A stretch of DNA of 64,000 nt, from positions 14,880,001 to 14,944,000 of the forward strand of contig OZ024755.1 in NCBI GenBank assembly GCA_964016885.1. Direction: 5' to 3'. The DNA is from Eledone cirrhosa. Its lineage: Eukaryota. The notes under the pieces were generated by a model. It saw only the letters and a program-made list of their open reading frames with translations, had not been told where the DNA came from and ran no database searches. Position numbers and translations under genes: made by a program. Positions 56,236 through 64,000 of the stretch are shown piece after piece. Every line of letters starts with the position of its first letter. Within the stretch, counting starts at the first letter, position 1.

Positions 56236-56267
<32 letters not shown>

Positions 56268-56389
56268 GAAGATGAGTAATATTGTAGAACAATAAACTAT
56301 GCATATATCAGATAAGTAGCACTCAACAGTTGGTAGAACTGGTGTATATATTAAAGAAGAAATGAAAAGATGGTTAAAAAAGTTCCATA

Positions 56390-56459
56390 TATTTTATTAT
56401 GCGCATTTCGAAAACAATATCATCCTGGGACAAAAATTGTGTTCTCATCAGATAAAATA
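56390..56459 (-). ncRNA. Type I hammerhead ribozyme, intact core
   Basis: Minus strand: tattttat-CTGATGA-gaacacaat ttt tgtcc ca ggatg atattgttttc-GAAA-tgcgca-TA-ataaaata. Confidence 0.88.
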
Positions 56460-56594
56460 AGGTAACATGATATGAGGTCTAAAAAGACTTTCAACAGGAA
56501 AGTGCAAAGTCTACATATACTCTTATATTTCTGTCATATGTAGACTTTGCACATTCCTGTTGAAAGTGTTTTTAGGCCTCATAATATGCTACCT

Positions 56595-56664
56595 TATTTT
56601 ATCTGATGAGAACACAATTTTTGTCCCAGGATGACGTCGTTTTCGAAATGCGCATAATAAAATA
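56595..56664 (+). ncRNA. Type I hammerhead ribozyme, intact core
   Basis: tattttat-CTGATGA-gaacac...gttttc-GAAA-tgcgca-TA-ataaaata; helix III palindrome atgcgcat. Confidence 0.88.
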
Positions 56665-58353
56665 TATGGAACTTTTTTAACCATCTTTTCATTTATATAT
56701 ATGTGTGTGTATGTGTGCGTGTGTGTGTGTGTGTGCGTGTGTGTGTCTGTGTCTGTGTGTGTGTCTGTGTCTGTGTCTGTGTGTGGGGGTGGGGTGTGGG
56801 GTGGGGGGTGGGGGGGTCTATGTATGTACACAGATATGAATGTGTGGTTTTGTATTTAGATTTTTGGGGCTTTTCTATTTGCGCTCACACAAGATTATAT
56901 TTCCACCCCTCTGAACAATGCAGAATTGATTGCAACAATCCTGGGATTAATATTTTAATGTTAATACGGTTGATTGAAACGCTCGATTAAATCTAAAGTT
57001 CTAACTCGATGTGTTTCTAGGTTTAACATTTAAAACTTCAGTACAAGAGGACTTCAGCTATTATAGCAAGTATTTGAACGTTATTAAACTGATTTAATAA
57101 TGTAGTTGTTCTCTCATCGGAAATCTATCTTTAAAAGAAGTCACGCACAACTGCTGACTTGAAGGGCAGTTTTAATCAATTGCGACTGACTGAGATTTTA
57201 CATAAATGTATGACTACATCTATGTGAATGCCTGCGTATATATACGAGTGTATGTGCCCATATCTATGAGCGTGTATTTACATTGTTAAAGGACATATTT
57301 ACTTTATGTTTCATTCCCAATTCAAATTATATCACCAAAACATGTATATGGTATTTCAATGCACTGCTACAGTCACGTAATAGTAAAATCTTTAGTGAAC
57401 AACATTGCAATTGACACGATGAATATTCTTTAGAAAATCTCTTGAAATAACTTCTAAAAGATTTGCGTTTCCACTTTCGTTTTTACTGTAAACCACACTT
57501 AATTGGACTCTTGTTATTGCTAGTTTAACATTGACGTTACCTTCAGTAGCAGCAACGCCCTATTAATATATTCCGTTGGTCATTACATAGTAGAGCAATT
57601 AGCGTGTTTAATCTCTAGCTGGCCATATAACGACCATTATATCATCGTTAATAAATTATCCTGTTTGATATTCACAGGTTATTTCTCGTAGCTTTGAGCA
57701 TGTGCTGCAACGAACATCTGTAATACTGTTATAGATATTCCACTCACTCACATTATATGTTCCCTCTAACACAACCTGCTCGTAGAATTTAGATAGTTTC
57801 GAGATTTTGCTTCGTGATTAATCTCTTAATTAGTTTAGTTTCGGGGTATTTACACTGGTCAGTGGCATTGCTTGACGGAGTGTCTATTTGTGTAATGTGT
57901 AAGAATACATGTGAATTTTATATATGTAAATGTATGAATATATATATATATATATGGGAGTGTGTATGTACAGATTAAGGTGTTCATGACAGTGTGAAAT
58001 GAAGAGTTCAACGTACTGTTCATATATGTATTGCTTGATATGGCTTTAGGAGAAAACTATTTTTGTCTCTTTATCTAATTAGAATACGTACGCAAGTGTG
58101 AGAAACCTCTACGTGATTACATGTGAGCGAATATGTGATTCTATGTATGTATATAAGAAGGTACAGAAAAATATAGTATTCTAGTAATACATTGATATAT
58201 AATAGCCTTACAATATGAGAATGTGCGTAAATTTTCAGACACATTTCCAATCAAGCTGTTTCCTGAAGGACTGAATCTAATAACCTTAAGAGACATATTT
58301 TAGCAAATTTCACTATTTCAAAAGGCACTACATTATCCTTATTATTATTATCC

Positions 58354-58580
58354 AGGGCAGTGAATTGGTAGTATCGGTAGATGGTCGGGCGCCATGCTTT
58401 GCAGCATAGAGTTACGGCCCTTATGATCTGAGTTCAAATCCCTCCGAGGTTAACTTTGCCTTTCATCATTAAGGGGTCGATAAAATAAAGTACCACGCAG
58501 GCATTGGGTCGATGTAATCGATTTCACCGCCCTCAAAATTGCTGTACTTGTGCCTATATTATTATATTACCATTATTATA
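58354..58580 (+). mobile_element. Family-B SINE
   Basis: Colinear with the 35365 copy, including the B box and ggggtcgataaaataaagtacc. Confidence 0.85.
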
Positions 58581-58584
58581 TTAT

Positions 58585-58912
58585 GATGCCCTGATTAACT
58601 TTTTCAAATTTCATTTGAAAAGGAAAATCGGGGTAGAGAGGGAAGTGCTCTCTACCCAGCATTTTGTTGAAAGATGGCTTTTTTAATGGGCTTTCTCCAC
58701 GATGGTCCTCGGAAGTCTCCCCCCTATTGGGGAATTTTTCATTGTTCTTTTTTGTTACATCCCCTGTTTTTTGTTACATCCCCTGTTTTGGAGTTTTTTT
58801 TACACGCAGAAATGCCCATTTATACCGTCCTGTATTGTCCTGTACTGTCCTTAATGTCTACTTAGTGTAAACCCTTGTGGTTAATAAAGAAAGCATTATT
58901 ATTATTATCATC
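58585..58912 (+). mobile_element. 3' end fragment of a Tx1/L1-type LINE
   Basis: LINFFKFHLKRKIGVEREVLSTQHFVERW resembles YHFRR*VRVERQVLHPSKFAETW on the minus strand at ~59340-59410; pyrimidine-rich UTR, AATAAA and (ATT)n tail. Confidence 0.65.
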
Positions 58913-59049
58913 ATCATCATTAATAGAGAACTCCAAGATGGGAACAACTCATCAGTACTCCACCAACATGCCGAAATATATGTATGTGGGTGTATTTGTA
59001 TACACACATGCACATGTATATATATGCATATATATAGTTAGATAGATAT

Positions 59050-61070
59050 CTTTCTTTATTTGCCACATTACAAGACTTGACGGGGGGGGGTTACATAAAA
59101 ATCATATAACTTTAACATTAATAAATAACAATAAACTATACATAATAAAATAACAATTGAAATCCCGAGTAGGGAGGAACGTTAGTGCAGTGTTGTTTTA
59201 CACCCCATGGATAGAACAACCCTCAACACCAAGAACACTTTTTGTAGGTGTTCCCGTCTTCCCTCTGTTTATCTTCCTCAACCAATAGGTTTATATACAG
59301 AGAACGCCCATTCACTCGGGCCATTTTCACCAAAATCACCCACGTTTCAGCGAATTTACTGGGGTGTAGCACCTGTCTCTCAACTCTCACCTACCTTCTG
59401 AAGTGGTACTTAAAGAAGGGGATAAGTTGTTGTCCGGAGAGAAAGCTGTTTGCCCTCAGTCCTTATTACCTCTTTCGCCATAGCCACCAAACAGAGGAAA
59501 ACCGTCTCTTATTCTTAAATGAAGGCGGCAGGTTGACCCACACGATGGACCCGGCTGACAACTGGATGCGTCCCACACGTGACAGTAGCTGTTCGACATA
59601 ATTCCACAGGTCGGTCACCCATGGGCACTGAACGATTGCTTGCAGAACGGTTTTGATGTCCTGCTCGTATCTTGGACAGGTCCTTTTTACAGGATCTCTG
59701 CCAGGACATCCGTAGCCTGTAGATTTAGTCTCGAACTGGTAGAGCTCGTGGGTATCACTGCCGGGCCAGAGACATCTGAAAGTTACCCATAGGCCCTGGA
59801 CGGAAAGTCCTCCCGAACAGACTGGTCAGTTCGTCCTCCTCGATGCCTAGAGTTTCCCCGAGAACGTCGTCGCATTTATCCTCCACTAATCCCCTATAGA
59901 ATGTCAAAGAGGAGTCTCCACTGATTGCCGTTTCCGCTTGCTAGAGGGCTGTGAGCGCCTGAAGGCACTCAAGGTGCCAGGCACCATTTTCGGTCTTCGC
60001 TTGACCCAGGACTGCACCTCTGTTAGTGAGACGAGTTGTGGAAGAGCTTGTCTCACAAACTACAGCCACACCGATTCACCGGTCAGGAATACCAGGAGAT
60101 GGCGTAGCCTCAGCGCGTGTTTGCGCATCATCAGCCACGGCATGCCCAGCCCTCCGTTAGAAGGGTGTTGACAGCAGATGGATCTCCTCACCGATGGAGC
60201 TTGTTTCTTCCACATGTACTTGAAGATTAGGTTTGAGGTTTTGGCGGGGACAAGGCATGACTGTCAAGCGGTAGTAAATGACGGACGCTATGTAAGTGTT
60301 CACCACCTCCGCTCGACCTGTCAAGGAGAGTTTGCACTCAGCCCACTTCTGGGTGAGTGCAAACACCTTCGCCGTGACCTCGTTCCAGTTCTTGTCCACC
60401 TGGAGGTCAGGACCAAACAAAACCCCGAGTAATTTCACCGGTGCTTCCGTCCAGCGTTTAACGACACTGTCGGAAGGTATGGGTTTGCCTCTCCATGTGC
60501 CGAGCTGCAAACTGACAGACTTGTTTGGGTTTAGTCTTGCTCCTGTCAACGTTTCGTATTCCTGTAATAGGTTGCCGATTACCCGATTTCCGAGGTTTTC
60601 GACACTATTACGGTTATGTCGTGGGCATAGGCCGACGCTGCTTTCCGCAGTCCTGGTTCGATCGGGATGCCCTGCAACAGCTCCAACTTCCGCAATAATG
60701 GCTCGAGAGTCAGTACATACAGAATTGAGGAGAGAGGGCATCCCAGACGGATGGAACACATGATTTGGAATGGCTCCGATAGGTAGCCATTGACCTTGAC
60801 TGCCGAGCAGATGTTGCTGTGCATGGCAGCGATGGTGGTGTGCATTGCAGCCTCTGAAGACGGGATCGAAGCCGGCCGCCTTGAGACCCGCCTCCAACTA
60901 TTGATGGTTGACCCTATCAAATGCCTTAAACTGATCTAAATTGATCACAGCCCCAGCAAAGCCATGTTTTCAACCTTACCTCTCTATAATGTATCGCATG
61001 AGGTGGAGGTTGTCGTGTATGGACCTGGTCGGGATTGAACACGTTTGAGCTCCCCTACAAGGTTCTCGAC
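59050..61070 (-). mobile_element. Decayed, 5'-truncated Tx1/L1-clade LINE ORF2 (reverse transcriptase) with 3' UTR
   Basis: LDQFKAFDRVNH, VKVNGYLSEPF, IRLGCPLSSILYVLTLEPL, SAYAHDIT, GARLNPNKS, VKLLGV, LSLTGRAEVVNTY; frameshifts and stops. Confidence 0.9.
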
Positions 61071-61086
61071 ATGCATATATGTATAT

Positions 61087-61207
<121 letters not shown>

Positions 61208-61994
61208 TATATATGTGTGTGTGTGTGTGGGGGTGTATATGTAACGTTATATGTATGTGCATATCTTTACTATTCGGTGCCGTTTCGCAGCTCACAAATA
61301 TACAAATATACATCTTCCAAGATTAATAAATTCTACAATTCTACGCGGATATAAATCAAAGATTAAATGCTGAAATCTGAATTACATTTCGTGCTTTCCA
61401 CTACTGAGATGATGGCAGAATCATTCATTTAGCTACTTGCATAATATGAGAAGGAAGCATAGCTTATACATTGAAAATGTAACCGAGTAATTGGGTAACG
61501 CCTGCAAAAGGAGAAAACTAAAAGACGCGCTTGAGAATGATAATCATTTTGTATGCATAACGACAATGTTTCTACCTGATTAATTATTTTATATGAAGAA
61601 GGCAGCGCATCGACTCCTTGTTAATATTTAGTAAGACAATATCCTGCGTATTTATGGTTATATTCGTTCTTTTTTGTTTATCGCCGTCATCGTTGTGGTT
61701 CATGTCGATGGGAAATTCATCAAAGTAGAGCTGCTTTCATCTTCATGTCCGTTGATTATAAGCTTTAAGTGGTCTGCATTGATAGATTACTTTCCGGTCG
61801 AAATAGAAGAGAAAGGAATCTCGAAATATGAAAGAAGACTCGAATTAAAGCTATTTAGTAAAAGATACAAAAAATTGTTATTTATTAAAAACCTGATTAA
61901 ATAAAACAACAAAAAGAAGGAATTCATTTGTTTCCTTTTGGGTTATTAAGGTAATAAAAAACAAACCTGATAAAACCGATGGATATCCTGCAAG

Positions 61995-62078
<84 letters not shown>

Positions 62079-62233
62079 GTGTGTTTGTTCGTGTGTGTGT
62101 GAGTGAGTAGGTATATGCATTTATATGTATATATGCATGCATATCGATACAAATCAAAGCTGCAGCTGATCAATAGCGGAATGCGCGTCACCACTCAATA
62201 AACGTTATGAAGACATAACAAATCGTCTTTTTA

Positions 62234-62288
<55 letters not shown>

Positions 62289-62319
62289 ATGTATGTATAT
62301 AATTATAAAAGGACGATAA

Positions 62320-62374
<55 letters not shown>

Positions 62375-62643
62375 AAGAGAGAGGGGGATGTATATATATA
62401 TATATATATATAGGGGAGATGCTCCATGATATATCTTAAATCAAATATCCTGTGAAACACTTTCCTTCACCACTTATGTATTACAGGAATTTAGATCGTT
62501 ATACAATAATGTTGTACTTGTTGTATCATTACCGCTGTATGAGTGTATATGAGAATAACCTTGCACATGACGACGAGAGATTCTTCTATTTAAAAACATC
62601 ATGACAGATGCCGAAGTCAAGACAATAAGGTCAACATAGAGGA

Positions 62644-62698
<55 letters not shown>

Positions 62699-62745
62699 TT
62701 GTATGCATATATATGTGTGCGTGTATGCATATATATGTGTGCGTG

Positions 62746-62796
<51 letters not shown>

Positions 62797-63179
62797 AGTA
62801 ATAGGGAGATGAAAAACATATTTAAACATATTTACTGGAAAACTACTCTTAAATATTTTATTCTACCTTTTGAAAACAACGCGAATGACCTAAAGGCAGG
62901 GAAGGAAGCTGCTTCGTGATATATTTTAAATGGTGGAACATCAAATATCCTATGAAACACTTTCCTTCGCCACTTATCTTTAAGTGCTCCCCCACCCATT
63001 TTCTTTCTTTTCATTCGTTCGTTCACTTCATTAGTTGACAGACTATTAACTAGTATTAAAATTATTTTATTAATGAAGCTACTTAGAGAGCCTATTTTTT
63101 CGGGCATTATATTCATCGATTGCTTCATGTCTTAGAACAAATAAATTAAAATAAAACAATAACAATAGCCATATGCATG

Positions 63180-63435
63180 TGCACAGACACAAACATAAGC
63201 AATCACACTCAAACACACACAAATACACATATACTCACACACACATATATACACACATATATATACACATATACTGACACACACGCACACTTATTCCAAT
63301 GTAAAACATATATAAAATAATAACACACACATATATACACACATATATATACACACACTGACACACACGCACACATATATATTCACACACACACATACAC
63401 ACATATACACATACATACACACACGCACACTTATT
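63180..63435. repeat. CA/TA low-complexity tract with internal duplication
   Basis: acacacgcacacttatt.caatgtaaaacatata occurs twice (~63280, ~63420). Confidence 0.85.
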
Positions 63436-63709
63436 CAAATGTAAAACATATATATAATAATAACTAACTAAATATAAATATATCAATATAAATGAAATTA
63501 ATAATAAAAAATAATAAAAGGAGATTTGGTTAATTTTCCTTTCAATAATACCCCTAACGTATAATTTAAAAAATCGATAATCTCTCAAATGCTTTGTTGC
63601 CATAGTAACATCCTTGCTAGATGTAAATGACGCCGTTATCAAAGTGAATGGAAAGCAGAGCTGAAGTAAATGATGGATTACATATAAGAACAGAAATGAT
63701 TTAAAGAGA

Positions 63710-64000
63710 TAATAATGGCGAGGATGATGATAATAATGCTATTGTTGATGATGATGATGATAGTGATAGTGATAATAATGCTGTTGATAATAATGATGGT
63801 GTTGGTGATATCGATGATGGTGATGATGATGGTGAGTTTGATAATGATGATGATGAGGATGATGAGAGCGGGTATTATTGATGATGATGATGATCATGAG
63901 ATCAATAATGAAGATGATGACAACACATAGGATGTTGATGATAATGTTGGTGATTATGATCACTATAATGATAATGGTGAGAATATTGAGGGTTAACATG
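63710..64000. repeat. Degenerate (GAT)n microsatellite
   Basis: Direct inspection. Confidence 0.93.

Larger units (their letters stand above)
56360..56694. mobile_element. Fold-back element, ~160-bp arms, 17-bp loop, one complete hammerhead in each arm
   Basis: 56360-56518 is the near reverse complement of 56536-56694. Confidence 0.9.

Noticed and set aside
63715-63999. Met-, Asp- and His-rich ORFs
   Set aside because: They are translations of a (GAT)n microsatellite.

Overview
This is non-genic, repeat-saturated animal DNA. The extreme (TA)n content and the SINE families suggest an octopus or other cephalopod, which is an inference. Roughly half the window is TA-based micro/minisatellite, with one 200-N scaffold gap. 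No intact protein-coding gene is supportable, and the long Y/I-rich ORFs are microsatellite artefacts. Recognisable mobile DNA comprises decayed CR1-group and Tx1/L1-type LINEs, a Tc1/mariner transposase relic, two tRNA-type SINE families, and an ~8-kb block bounded by diverged inverted repeats that encloses a 40-bp satellite and a ~1.1-kb trimer. The main result is a dense set of self-cleaving-RNA motifs in the islands between the microsatellites. At least eight type I hammerhead ribozyme motifs of different sequence families (CUGANGA...GAAA...UH, often with a palindromic helix III) sit mostly inside 150-340 bp fold-back elements inserted in (TA)n, an architecture typical of Penelope-like element ends. 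In addition, a ~610-bp internally deleted RTE derivative (two near-identical inverted copies plus a diverged 5' fragment) begins with a candidate HDV-like ribozyme fold. All RNA folds were paired by eye and none has been tested computationally or experimentally.
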